Positions 37,576 to 50,454 are shown, counted from the whole stretch's first letter. The stretch: DNA of 56,016 nucleotides, filler included, from Sphacelaria rigidula (GCA_964200075.2; 6 parts of 6 records of this genome joined end to end with filler, not necessarily neighbours in it), one strand, 5' to 3'. Notes: generated by a model from the sequence alone, not told the origin. Numbers and translations: made by a program.

Positions 37576-39683
37576 ACGGAGCACGCCGGCTTTCCGCCGG
37601 ACCAGGCTTGCACTCAACCCACCTAGCGCGAAGCGCCGTGGTGTGTTCGGCGAGTCGCATGCAGGGTGAGCTGCGTCCTGCTAAGATCGTTCGGCCCGAA
37701 GCCTACTAATTATCTTGCATGTGGATGACAGCCAACAATGAGTTGCTTTGTTCTGTGGTATCGTCACTTCCAGAGACAGCCATAGCTTTTACACTGCCTC
37801 ATGGGTGGGGGGGTGTCCTTTGTGTTTGTCTTCGCCTGGTGATACAGACAAGAGGGGCGTACCCTGTTTCGAAATCTGAAACCTAGTCCTCTAAATGCAG
37901 AGCACGGTTGTTCTTTTCCGCTGTGATCGGTTCTTCCCATTTACTTCCATGCTCTTCGATGATTTCTCCAGTGAAGATCCCAAAATCATCGCAGCCAAAT
38001 GATCAAGTGGTGCGTCGCGTATTTGTCCCGTTTGGAAACTCAGCACGTGTTCATACATTCTGGTCTGAGGCAGAGTCACACAGCGTCAACTGTTGAGTCC
38101 GAAGGATCAACGTAGCGAGGGTATTCTGCATGATGGAGCACGGTGCCTCCAATACAAAGAGCTACAGGATATTCGAGCATGTAGAGGGGAGGACAAATGC
38201 GGTGCTGTTTCGCCTCACCGGCCCAGTCACTCTGAAGACCGAGGGTGCACCGGACCTTGTTCAGGTGCACATGCACAATCACGAACCCTGATGATGTACC
38301 CTATAAATCGTCACCCGTGCGTGAGATCACACCAACCCTTTTAATGTTCCGCACACGGGCAACGCAATGTAGATCAACATTTCCCGTATTGAATCAACAG
38401 TAGATGTTAGGAAAAATGACCGGTCTTATCAGGAAAGGCCTTCCCTCGGTCCCGTATCAGGGTTAGGGTTAGGGTTCGGCGTATGAACATCATGATTTCA
38501 TGATTCAGAGCAGAACACCTGTCCTTGGCTGACACTTCACTAGATGATGAACTTTCACTCTCTAACGTCGTGGTGAAACCTCCGAGCCAAACCCCGCGGC
38601 GGCGTTCGGCATTGAGCGTTCATGGCCTTCCTGGAAAACAAGGTCGAACAAGCTGGATCAGCCACACTTGAGCTATTAAGAGTTTTCGAATTTGTCTGAT
38701 ATTTCTCGACGCATTAATGTTGCATCAAAAGCTCTCGGCAGGCAAGGACTTTTTTCTTCAGCAGGTCAGCGTGGTGCCCAGCTGGCCATACGCGAGTAGT
38801 GTGCTCAGTGACGAACTCACTGGAAATGTGATGGCGAATTCTCACGTGTTGACTAGTCTGTATTTTAGAGCTACGTGTGGATGATGGGGAGTGTATTTGG
38901 TTATGCTCATTCTACTCTATTTTGTTTATACCTGGGCTGAAATTCTGTCGGTGGTCACGTGTATAGTTTTTTGAGTTGCTTTAACGAAGTCACTTCTCTT
39001 TTTTTCGCGGGCGATCTCTCTGCTGAGAGACATTTGCAAGCATTGAGTGAGCCTCGTCTTGACTTTGTGACCTGACAGACTTCGTGAGACACGTGTCTGA
39101 TATCCATTTTTATGCCATATTGTTCATGATTTTTTTTGTTTCCTAGCTGGATTTTGTCTTGTTTTGAATGAAATCCAGCTGTGATGGGCTTCGGTTCCAC
39201 AATCTAAGAGCTCCACAAGTGTGGTACGTGGTACGGAAGTTCATATCCAGTTTGTGCGTTTGAATCCGAACTGAGCTAGGTGTTGTGGTATGTAGTGGCT
39301 GCAGACGTATCGTCTGCCGTTTTTTTTTACACATCAGATTTGTCCAGGTATTGGTGTAATACGATGATCCCCACCATCAGAGGAGCAATGCTTTTCAGCG
39401 GTGTAGTTTCTCGAGAATCCTCCACCTTTCGATCGCGGGTTTGGCTACGAAGGCTAATGCGGCGGTAGAAGAAACGTGATAGGAGGGTGGTGTCGGAATA
39501 ATCGCAGTGACTGGAGTCAGACGAGTCAGCAACCGCTGTGGCTCGAGACATCTTGACTACCCGCAAGTGTGATTATTTCTCGTGACCACATTTGATGAGA
39601 GGGCATGAGCAGACTCAATACTTGTCCCGCTTCCTCTCCGCTGCTCCAACACCTGTGCACACCGGGTCCGGGAAACTGAGCAG

Positions 39684-39804
39684 GGGTGCGGCCGGATGAC
39701 CCGCAGCTGCCGAAAGAGGAAGAGCTGTCTAGCATGTCCGTAGGGAGCCTGAAGGCGGCGCTGAACAAGTATCACATCTCCAGCAAAGATTGCATAGAAC
39801 GAAG
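39684..39804 (+). CDS. USP39: USP39/Sad1 (U4/U6.U5 tri-snRNP protein) internal exon, start of the SAP/HeH-like insertion
   Basis: CAG acceptor, AG|GTACGG donor; the split codon AG|G joins in frame to the 41522 exon; encodes VRPDDPQLPKEEELSSMSVGSLKAALNKYHISSKDCIER. Confidence 0.75.
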
Positions 39805-41521
39805 GTACGGAAGAAGTGTTTCGTGTGCTGTTGGTATTAGTGTAGACACCAAGAGCAGTAGAGTTCAGTTCTTGCAACCAAACACACAGCACTGCAGTTA
39901 TCGGGGGAAATGATGGCCGTAACGATTGAAAAACAGCGTGCAGGGAAAAAAAGTGGGAGAAACGCCGAGGAATAATGGACACGTCATGAGCTGTTCCAAG
40001 CAGGACAAACACTTCGTCCCCTATTCACTTTTTTTTAGTGTACGACAGTGGAGAACTTTTACGAAGTTTTTCTCGACACATAAAACAAGTCGGCCTTCCA
40101 GCCCCTCGTACACATACAAAAGCTAGGGAATCATGAGTTGGTTCCCCTCTGATGGCTGTAGTGGACCCCAAAAGACCCCCAAAGAGCAATAAACAGCCGT
40201 TATTGGTACATTTTGGTTTGGTGCAGCGTTTGTGGAACGCGTCAAGGAAAGGTATTGTATGGTCGACTACTTAGGGTGTGTGGCAAGCGTCGGCAAGAAA
40301 CCGCAGTTCTATCCTCTGCTTGGTTGCGGAGATATGCGTGGTGATGGATTGACACGTATGGGTTTTTGCACTAGCAGCGTCTTGATATTAGCAGTGTGCC
40401 CGAGGAACGTTGCTGGTGTGGTGTGTGGCGGCCACGTCTACTGCTACTGCTCGTATTGTTGTCTCGTGGTGTTTGCAAGCGCGGTGGACGTGGTGTGATA
40501 GCTCGGGGGCGTGTGCTTCTCGAGTGCTACGGCAATAAATAGCAGTACACTGGTGCAACAAGAGGAGCAGCATCTACTGTCCTCCGGCTGTTGGACACCT
40601 GTGTACAGGTGTACAGCAGGACAGTCACGAGCTTGATATAGACACGTACTAAATTTGTAGTGCGTTCACTATGAGCCTGGTCGTTATTTTTGAGGTGACG
40701 TGTGTACTTGGGATTGATTCTGATTGGCTCGGTTAAGTTCTTGTCTTTTGTAGACAGATGTCGCACATTTTCCGAAATGTAGTGCCCAAAATACCCTCCA
40801 TTCCTCCCCCCCTCCCGCAACGATGGGACTGTTCAAGTGAACACCCCAGCGACAGTGCCCATCTCTTGCCGCCCTCGGGTCACCAATCGTGCAGCATGAA
40901 GGAAGTTTTATGCATCGCAGTTCTAGTAGGTGGGCAGCTCTAGTCCTGGGTTAGATTGTGGCACTTTTCATGTACAGTTAGCACACACTAGACAAGGACA
41001 CTTTCGAAGCGAAGAAGCAGGGAGAATCAGCGGACATGATCCGGTGGTTGGTCACGAGTCCGCAGTGAGAAGTCTTCCCTCCAGTCCTTCCGCCTCCTCT
41101 GGCAGAAACTAACTTGCGTGAACGGATTGCGTAGTCCAAACCGCCGCGACTACAAATTATGCAATGGCCTAGCGAGAAACTTTGTTCCAACCGTCCGGTT
41201 TGGCAGTCTAGAAGCTTCTCCTACTGAAAATGTTGGTGCCATATGCTGCTTTGAAGACTGCGTCATTCAGGGTTGTGATCACTGTCGTCGTCGCGTTTCA
41301 TTCGTTCCTTGCCGTGTACGCCCGTAAGGCGTTCACCGTCGGTACCCTACATTCAGCTCCGTCTTCTGAGCTAGCACCATGCTCTGAAGTATGTGTGGGC
41401 AAGGTTTAGATGGAAAGAAAGACGTGGGGTCGCCCACTGCGTTTTGTCCCCCATGTTTTTTTCTTCTTGAATTTGATCGCCCGTCGTATTTTCCGATTCC
41501 TCCAAATACAACTTCGTGCAG

Positions 41522-41707
41522 GGATTTAGAGGAGAGAGTGCGTGACATGTTGATCCGCTCTGTGCCGGACCTCCTGGCAACCAAGTACAACCTCCTGGCC
41601 AACATCTGCCACGACAGCCCTCCGGGTCAAGGCAAGGAAGGGCAGACAGACCCTCTCTCGGCCGGGTGTTATCGTGCGCACGTTCAGAACAAGGCCACCG
41701 ATCAGTG
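41522..41707 (+). CDS. USP39: USP39/Sad1 penultimate coding exon
   Basis: TGCAG acceptor, TG|GTGAGG donor; KYNLLANICHD...GCYRAHVQNKATDQW matches USP39 YDLIANIVHD...GSYRIHV...GKW. Confidence 0.9.
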
Positions 41708-42518
41708 GTGAGGGTACTGCACTTTTGTGCACCGTGTTGTTGTTAAACACTGTATTAATAGTCGCAGTCGCTCGTAGGACAAAAAAAAAAAGTGCGGTTA
41801 TAATGAGTTCAGAATGACTCGCTCGAACGTCTGACCTCTTCTCTCCGCTGTTTAATATCTTTCTGGTTTCATGCACGCATGTCGCACGAGTGGAATATTC
41901 GTCATGTATATTTATTTTTTTCTCGTGTGCAAAGGCTTTTTGTGCAGTAAGCAGGTCGATCGTTGAAGCCTCGCAGTCAAAAGGTTGATTTGCAACTCTT
42001 AACGAAGATCGGACCTCCGAACGACCCCGGAAGATCTTCGGGGGGTGTACGAGTGTGTCGTGCGTGGCCTGTACACTTTGTGATGGATTGAGAGGGGTTT
42101 AGCCGTGGTACAGTACTTTGGTGGCCATTTAACACAATAAATGCTGCAGTGGGTGCCGTTTAGTACAGTGCTGCTGATGTACGAAGTGTACAATACTCGT
42201 GAGTTGGCCCCGCCGAGACACACTGCCGAGTATTCAATGAAAAAATCCTGTAGTATCGCTCTAGGGCTTCGTGTGCAGATGCGTAGCTGCTCATGTAATA
42301 CTACGCGTACTACGCAACAATATCGGGGAGGCATGGAACTATCAACAGTAGCATGTGTGAGGAACTACTCGTTATTCATCACTTGTGTGGCGCTTTCATC
42401 CTGAAGAGCGGCAAGTATGCCGCTATTCAGGAGTAACGGCATGCCCCGAATATCGGAATAACTACCCCCTGTCACTACGTGCTGCTACATCGGAACCCCC
42501 AGTGTGCCCTGGTTTGTT

Positions 42519-43889
42519 CACGTGTATACCGCCTCTTCGTTTAACGGTAACCCTCTTGCAGGGATTGCAGAGGACACCCCGAACAGCCTTGAACGTACCC
42601 CCATTTTGTCAATCTACACTTTGCCGAAGAGACCGAAAAGCTCAACAAGCAAGGGCTTGTGGAATAGAAATCCGATGATGTGTGCAGGGTGTGAGCAGTT
42701 ATGCTCTGCACAGACCACAAAGATACAACAATATGCGAATCAATATTATCATGATGCACCACATGCCATTCCGAACGATGTTGGACAGCAGAAGCACGGC
42801 GCCTCCGCTGCCCTTGCGTCAACCGCAAGTTTACCCCGGTCAATCCCCACGAAAAACGCGATGGGCGGGTGGTCGCTGGTACACGTTATCCGCATTTTGG
42901 AGCGTCTCTGAGTTATATTACGTTATGGATGGGTATAAAGACGTGCGTACAGCATGAGCCGGGTTGTGATCGCACGCGTTGTCGCGTCGTGTAACCGTTG
43001 TCCACCCGCCTGTATCCCAAGACATGTGTCTTGCAGCCAAGATCACGCTCGACGCACACTGTTCGACTTGCCGCTGACTGGAGACGCTCCGAAATGCGGA
43101 TAGCGTGCACCAGCGGATACCAGTGTGCACTTGTCCCAGTTTGGGGCCATTTTATGCTTGGTTGGCACATCTTTGAAAGTACGCTAGCCCTAACCCCGAC
43201 CCTAATCCAAGGCATACCGGGAACCCTTCGGCAAGGTGGTGCAAACGGTGCCCCAGGCAATGAGTGTGTTGGCGGAACCCAATTCTTATCGCCGCGCCCC
43301 GGTGGTGTAATGGTCCGACTGTCGCCATTGGGGTAGAGAGAACGAGGGTTCGATTCCCGATGCGTTGGGTTTTTTCTTCGTCACGTCTGATTTCCACCGT
43401 AGAAAGCTTGAGAACGTGAGTAAGAAAAGTAGTCGACTGAGTTTGTTTGAGGTGAGTTGACGCGGTGCGGGAGTGCTGGTCATAATCCAATCCGCGAGAC
43501 CGAAATGCAAGGCGTGTACCGGGGGAGAGATGGGTTGATCTCTTGAGACCACGGACTCATCCCGAGGAAGGGGAGGAGTTCAAAGTGCGACGGAAAAAAA
43601 AAAGAATCAGAGCCTGTGGCGCTGATGTGGCCCAGACGCGCTCTGTGCACGAACCGTCCATACCCTGCACGCATGGTCGAATCTTTCGGGTCTGTAAAGC
43701 AACCAGGAGCAACCAAATATTCCACAACTTACTGTTCGTTGGGCTTCTCGTCTTTTTCGACGAGGTGTATATTGACAAAATCGGAGTATGTTTGAGGCTG
43801 TTCGGGGTGCCCTCCGTGTTTGTAGGAGACGTCGAATACTCCGCAGCCTGCAGAAGGGCGGCCATTGGACACAGAAGGGTATGCACGTA
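42519..43889. repeat. Diverged inverted repeat pair (42519-42666 / 43718-43889) with a second inner pair (42870-42908 / 43080-43120) in a USP39 intron
   Basis: CACCCCGAACAGCCT...ATTTTGTCAAT.TACAC...TTGTGGAATA and CGCTGGT.CACG.TATCCGCATTT.GGAGCGTCTC each appear in both orientations. Confidence 0.75.
43296..43376 (+). mobile_element. Degenerate tRNA-like head (SINE or tRNA pseudogene)
   Basis: A box TGGTGTAATGG (43303-43313), B box GGTTCGATTCC (43347-43357), downstream oligo-T; acceptor stem does not pair. Confidence 0.55.
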
Positions 43890-44069
43890 AAGAAACAAGG
43901 TGACTATACGAGCTGGGCCAGCCTAGAAGCTCATATTTCTCTAGCACACATTTTTTTCTTCAGTTTCCCGGGTTGACCTAAAGAAGTACTTATTTTGCCG
44001 CGAAGTACAGACAAACCTACGGATGCAAACTGTACTGCATAGTATACAACGTCAAGGACGAAACCAGAT

Positions 44070-44430
44070 TCTGCCGTACCTGTCGGCATTCGAACTCGTG
44101 ACCTTCCGCCCTTGTGGAAGTCTCTTTTTTCACAAGTAGATGGCGAGGTGCAACGATGTCACACAAGTGAAATGCATGGCCCAATTGGAGGAGTTTTGAG
44201 CTGCTGAAATTCTACAACGTACGTTCTACAAGTCAAGACGCGAAACGTTCCTGCGGAACCCAAACAATGAATTCACGTCTTTGAGATATGGCAGATCATC
44301 TTTTTGTCAGAATAAAACTGACATTACTTTTTTTTTTTTTTTCGATTTTGGCTACCGCACTGCGTTTTCGTGTCTCGATATAAAAACTCTGTAAAAACTT
44401 CAGCTTCTGACTCCTGAAAACGTGCGAAGC
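44070..44430 (-). repeat. Copy of the 20395-20720 repeat
   Basis: See partner copy. Confidence 0.55.
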
Positions 44431-44871
44431 TGGTCAAGCGCCAAAACAATGCTCGAATCTGACCCAGCATGTGCATAGTTTTCAGCTGAGAGTGAGGTGT
44501 ACCCCGCGGGTTTGTTGACGAGAAAGGATGCTCTAGCAAGCTTACCTTTTCCGCACTCCTCTTAACCTGGTTTTTACGTAGAAATTAGGCAAATTGGGCA
44601 TGGGGATGCTGCCCAAGCACCTTCGAGCATGGGGCTGAAACGCCGGAACGTATTCAAGAGGCGCCCAGCCAGCGTGCAGCATGGCGCCCTGCATCCATGA
44701 GTGCGCTACCGTAGTTTATGCCGAAAACCACGGGGTACACCCTATTTTGTATCTTCATCAAAATCTAAAGTATAAGGGGCACGGGCGAGGAGCTTCCTCT
44801 CTGTCGTTGCCCATGCTGTACGGCTTAGTGCCTGCCCTCCCTCCCGTCGCTTCCTGGGTGTGTTTTGGCAG

Positions 44872-44968
44872 GTACGAGGTCCAGGACTTGCACGTGCAGG
44901 AGACTATGCCTCAGCTTATCGGCCTCAGCGAGAGCTACATAATGATATATGAAAGACGAAAAACATGA
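44872..44968 (+). CDS. USP39: USP39/Sad1 terminal coding exon
   Basis: TTTTGGCAG acceptor, split codon TG|G = Trp; YEVQDLHVQETMPQLIGLSESYIMIYERRKT* matches USP39 YELQDLQVTDILPQMITLSEAYIQIWKRR. Confidence 0.92.
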
Positions 44969-46165
44969 TCTGGAAGTCGACCGGAATTTAGTGTTCGTGG
45001 GTGTGTGGATGTGAGTTTTCTTGGTACTTTTTTTGGCTGCACGACGATATGCGAGGGGAATTTCGCTCATCGCAATGTTGGTTTCCCCAGTACAATGGTC
45101 GGTGTTGACGACTTTTTAAGGGAAATCTAGGGAAGTACGTAGTAGTATGGGGTTGTTTGAGTCGCGGACCGTGGCGATGTGCGCATGCAGGTCATCTTGA
45201 TCGGCTCATCGTGAGACGAAAGCTTGCTTGCAGAGTGATGGTGTGTTGGTTTCGAGCTGTATTTGTATACCACCAGTTTACACCAGTGAGCCAACGTTGT
45301 TGTGCTACTCTCGTAGTCCACTGCGTTGCATAGAATACAGAATGGCAGTGATTGCCTCCCATTCCACAGGCTGCATATTGTGCTGTTGTTTTCCTGAGCT
45401 TACCCTTTTGAGGCCAATGAGGGTGTGCGAATATGAACAGTACGCTGTCGTGTGTGTTTGTGTTTGTGTTTGTGTATTTTAACACGCCAAGTCTGTCTTA
45501 TTTCCAACATTGACGGTCTCTCATCTTCTGCATGCACCGCACAGATTTGCGCTACAGGATACAAGAGACAAATTACACCGACAACGTGAAGGTACAGCAC
45601 AATCAGTACCCCTACCTGGAAGTTACAGTGCATGTTGCCCAATCATGATGCCACATGAACGTAGGCAGTGATGGGGAAGACACAACTATCTGTGTAGCAA
45701 GCTAACCCCAAGCCGAAACCCTGCTGCTTCGACATGTCCGCGGCGATCCCAGTGTAATGCGTGAGAGGACCGCGTGCTTAAAGGACGACGCCGTGGTTCA
45801 GAACACCTCAGGATCGATGTTTTTCAAAACCAATCGGGTTAGTCCCTGGAGGTACCACCCTCCTGACCCTAACCCTAAACCTAACCCTAACGATGTGGAT
45901 GTTCGAATTCCGATGCGGTCCTCTAAGCGCGCGGTCCTCTCACGCATTATTACACCAGAACCTCCACATGCTTTCCTATGCCGGCCATTGGACTGTCATG
46001 CAAACCATGTACTACACGCTCAGTGACCTCCTGCAAGTAAAACCGGAGAGGACATGGAATATTGTGGTGGTGTTGGTGCGCTTATGCTTGGAATGAATTA
46101 AGCTTGAACTTGGTACTTATCGTTTTGTGCTTTGTTCACTTTGTGCGGTACGTAGCAACAAGCCG

Positions 46166-46598
46166 TAGGAACACGGGATCTCACAAATTGGGGATGAGAA
46201 ACCCGGATAATTCAAATATTCGTATCCACACCAAATCTTCGAAGTATGGTTCCATTTCTTCACCTACTGATAGCTATTGACAACTGCTACACGCCATAGA
46301 AATTTGGATTTCGACCACCGAAATGTTGGGGTCCTCGGTGAAGAAACAATTTTCGGGAATTCCGGGTGTCCGAACGGACGCCAAAATGATTCCGGAATGT
46401 CTTTTCTCATAGAACCCCAACATCTCGGTGATCGAAATCCAAATTTGTATGGCGTGTAGCAGTTGTCAATAGCTATCAGTAAGTGAATAAATGGAACCAT
46501 ACTTCGAAGATTCGGTGCGGATACGAAGATTTTAATTCTCCGGGTTTCTGATCCCCAATAAAAGATCCATCTCCAATTTGTAAGATTCTGTGTTCGTA
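46166..46598. mobile_element. ~430-bp foldback MITE with TA flanks
   Basis: 46201-46331 vs 46415-46545: 131-bp arms with 10 mismatches by manual count; ends TAGGAACAC / GTGTTCGTA. Confidence 0.9.
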
Positions 46599-46664
46599 GG
46601 GGGGGGGGGCGTACTCATTCGTTGCTTGCCTTAGTCGTTTGACCATTGACCACGCATCCCTTTC
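46599..46664 (+). repeat. ~65-bp G-tract repeat (subtype A) at a contig end
   Basis: Nearly identical to 37436-37498. Confidence 0.85.
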
Positions 46665-46764
46665 NNNNNNNNNNNNNNNNNNNNNNNNNNNNNNNNNNNN
46701 NNNNNNNNTTAATTAATTAANNNNNNNNNNNNNNNNNNNNNNNNNNNNNNNNNNNNNNNNNNNN
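46665..46764. other. Artificial contig linker
   Basis: 44 N + TTAATTAATTAA + 44 N. Confidence 0.99.
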
Positions 46765-49700
46765 GGGCTTCTCATAATAAGGCGTTTGGCCAGGGGACAG
46801 GAGGGGAGGGTTCCAAAAGGATTAAGCAGGTCTTCACTCGGACGCTCCTCCGTGCTGTTCGTCTAGTCTTTTTTTCGATTTTGATCTCGCAGTGTTGTTT
46901 TCGGTTCCCCTAAACTTTAATCGGTCATACCACATAAAATTATGAGAATGAAACATGAAAAATTTCACGCCGTCGATGGTGGAAGAGCCAGTGCTTTGGA
47001 AAATGGTAACATTCGCATACATGCGGAGCTTTTGTCTTTTTACCATGTATCCTTGAGTCCGTCTCTTCAAATAAACAACTAATTATGTTGAGGTGGCGTT
47101 TGATATTTGATTTCAGAATTTATAGTGCGTACATCTTAACTGCATAATACCCTGTATCCTGATCTACGTGTGATGAACTCGTTCGTAGAACCCGAACACT
47201 GATCATCTGACGGTGGGGTTCAGACGGGAAGCGGTGTACTATGCATACCCCGATGTAATACTCTAAGTACTCATATGGTGCTATTTCAGGGGGTGGTGTG
47301 CAAGGTATCTAGGATGAACAGCTTATCCTACGGTACTGCAATACAGTTCCACGTAGAACGTGCAAGTACCTGCGGTTGCCGCGATACGCAGTGGGGTACG
47401 GGGATATTCGATTACCGCAATTTTTTATTTTACCACGGGTGAGGGTAGTACCGTACCGTACCTCACCGAAGTTTCGGAAAATCACGCACCATATTGCCTC
47501 GCGATACCGCACGGCGATAAAGGTACCGAACACTGTGGATCATAGTGATTCCACAAAAGTCAAGGGGCGTATTGTGCAATGATTTTATCGATATCGTTGC
47601 CGACGATAGCCCTGCGATTAGGCCATTTCCTTTCCTCCGTGGCAGCAAAATGAAATGATAGTATTCGCACAACCAAGACACTAAGGCACCGAGCGACTCG
47701 TTATTCAAGTGTTGCCAAAACAAATTTGTTCGACTAACTGCCGACGAACAGTTATGCTAGTCAAATTTTCGAGCTACGTGAAAACAAGCGCGCGCGAACT
47801 ACCAGAATTCTTGTTTTGCTAGACGCCTCCATATTTTCTGTGGGTGTCCGTAAGCGAATGGCGCGTCCCCTATCGACGCCTGTGCAGTACATGCAGTACA
47901 ACACAATATTCAGTGGAGGATATGTACTGACTGCAGTGCAGAGCAACGGTGCCGTAGTAGCACAGCAGTGCACAACATTAGTATAGCGTAGTGCAGCAGT
48001 AGTACAGAGCGGTACGAGATGCAGCGTGTTGCTACTAGCAGCCGCAGTACCGTATAGGACGGCACAACGCCCATACATGGGGATGAACCTTTGTAGTGAA
48101 GTGTGAAATTCAATGAATCAGAGCCCCTCCAGTGAGGAATCAGCGGAATCCAGCGCCAATGAAATGCGATCTTCGTAGTGAATTATGTAGTGAAAAATGT
48201 TTGTAATTGGCTCGCAGGCTCGAGTCACACCTGTAGTGTACGCCAAGATGGATAGAGCAGCAGCAGAGAAACGGAGCTGCAAGCAGACGAGCAGACAGCG
48301 AGTGGTACATAGCCGCCGCAGTGGGTCATTGCGACGCTCGTGCATCAGTATATCCCCATCTTAGTACTCGTATGGCTGATTGTGTCTTTTCATGGCCGCG
48401 AGCGCTGGCGCCGATGCCAACGGCAACAGCCGTCATGCTGACGGGTGCAAGCAGTACCCTGGCGGTGCAGTATATCCGCACTGTGCTATGCGTTGCTCCT
48501 TTCATCGGAGCATGGGGTCTGGTCCAGCCGGTCGAGCGGTGTATGCTGGTGCTGGTTGTATGCCTTCACCTAGCCATGTTTGGTATCGCGCGAGTGATGG
48601 GTCCGGGTGACGAGAATTTTTCAACAGGCAGTCAAGTGTGTAGACAGCACTGCGTCCCGACTGATACTACAGATTACAGACAGACGAACACAACAATACA
48701 GCACATCAAGCAATCTCAGCGGAGACCAAACCGTCTTCACAAGGTCTAAACAGACCACAGAACAGTGATAGCTACAGCACATGAGAGCGGGCGTGAGAGT
48801 GTTTGTGCTGCAGAACAGTGAAACAAGACGTGTCCCATGCTTTAGTTCTTCGGCTGATTTTAAACGGGCCCTCAGTGTTTGCAGGGTGCCGATCTTGAAG
48901 GCTCGGACATAATCGCGCCTCGCGCAAATCATTTAATTTGCTACAAAAGTATCCCCATGTATGGGTGCTGTGCCTATAGGACAGCACAGCACAACAACAG
49001 CGTTCAGTGCGGGGCCTGATCAATTTTCAAAAGATTGTGCCTGCAAGATCGATCGTCCGTTCACGCTTCAGGCACCCCTGAGTCCTCTTGAGCACTTGAT
49101 GTGCTGCCTGTCACCCTCGCATAGATGGTGCGGGGAGCACTCTACGATCCGTCTTGATCTTGATCTAATGCTCTACGGTCCCTCCTCCCTGTGAGACTCG
49201 ATCAAGCTCAGTCGTCCCCAGGGCGATGCCGGATACCATCATTATCCGAATGCCTACACGCTTTTCTGCGCATAAGGCGTGATGGCGGCAATTCTCTCGA
49301 ATCTGTCTCATTGGATACCTCTACTGTGTAGGCATCGCTTTCGGTGGGTTGCCGTTGTGAGGTATTTCGACAAGGAGAGGACTCCTTGAGCATGTGCACG
49401 CAACATCGAGATGCTACACGGTGTTAGAATACTGACGAATGCTCACGGTTCGGCCCCCCTCCGGAGGGAGGGACATGTATCCAACCATGGCGGAACCAAC
49501 ATGCCTGATAGTTCGCTGTCGGAATATGCGAAATCTATCCGGCTAAATTGAAGAATCTGTTCAAGGAATCGGCTTGATTTTCGCCCACAGATGAAGAAAA
49601 AAGATGACGGCCTCGGGGGGAATCAGTTGCCCCAACGAGGTTGAGCAAATTTATTTCGCACATAACACCTGTTGATTTCATTTTGTTCTTTTCTTTTGTT

Positions 49701-49914
49701 TTGTCGGGCATCTGTTGCAGGCAGGTAGGACCTAAGGTGAAGAACAGCGACGTGCTTGAGGATATTGGCACAATCAGTAGGGCTGGCTAGTACTCCGCAC
49801 ACGGTCGCTGCTCTGTCTGGCCATTTCCTCGACTCTCTGCTCGTCCATGGTTACCACGTACCCCTGACGCACCACTGCCTCTGCTGCCGACATGACTTCG
49901 TTCGTTGCCAACAG

Positions 49915-50454
49915 TTTCATCTGAAGCGCTTCGAGTACGACCCTTACCGCGACGACCTCGCCAAGCTAAACGACCGTTTCGAGTTTCCAACCGAACTTGA
50001 TATGTCTCCGTGGCTCTCCAAGCATGCTGCGGCGGCCGCCTCTAAGCCTAGCTCCTCCGCAGAAGCTCACGAAGCTGGTGCTGGGGCGGGGCCGTTTCCT
50101 TCATCGGAGCAACAACGATCACCCGGCGATAACAGCAGTAACGGGGACGGCAGGAACATGTACTCTCTTCGTGCGATAGTGATGCACGTTGGCGGACCAT
50201 CGGTGGGTCACTACTACGCCTATGTTCGACAGATGACAGCACAGCGGCGGGGGGCAGAAGGAAAGCAAGCAACCAGACGAAGGGGCGGGGGAAGCACGAA
50301 GGAGGGGGCGGGGTCTGCTGAGCAGGCAACTACCGCGGTAAATAGATGGGTAAAGCTCGATGATTCACGCGTCAGCGAGGTTTCCGAATCGGAGGTGTTG
50401 CGAGATGCCTTTGGAGGGAGCGGGGGCGGCGGGTTCCCTGGGCTCTTTGGACAG
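49915..50454 (+). CDS. Ubiquitin carboxyl-terminal hydrolase (peptidase C19, USP7/UBP12-like), internal exon containing the His box
   Basis: ACAG acceptor, CAG|GTGAGG donor, 540 bp in phase 0-0; HLKRFEYD, KLNDRFEFPxELDM, YSLRAIVMHVG..GHYYAYVR, WVKLDDSRV. Confidence 0.93.

Noticed and set aside
49756..49914. N-terminal 53 aa of ORF 49756..50487
   Set aside because: This is intronic read-through upstream of the acceptor at 49914; the same applies to the leaders of ORFs 41391 and 44681.
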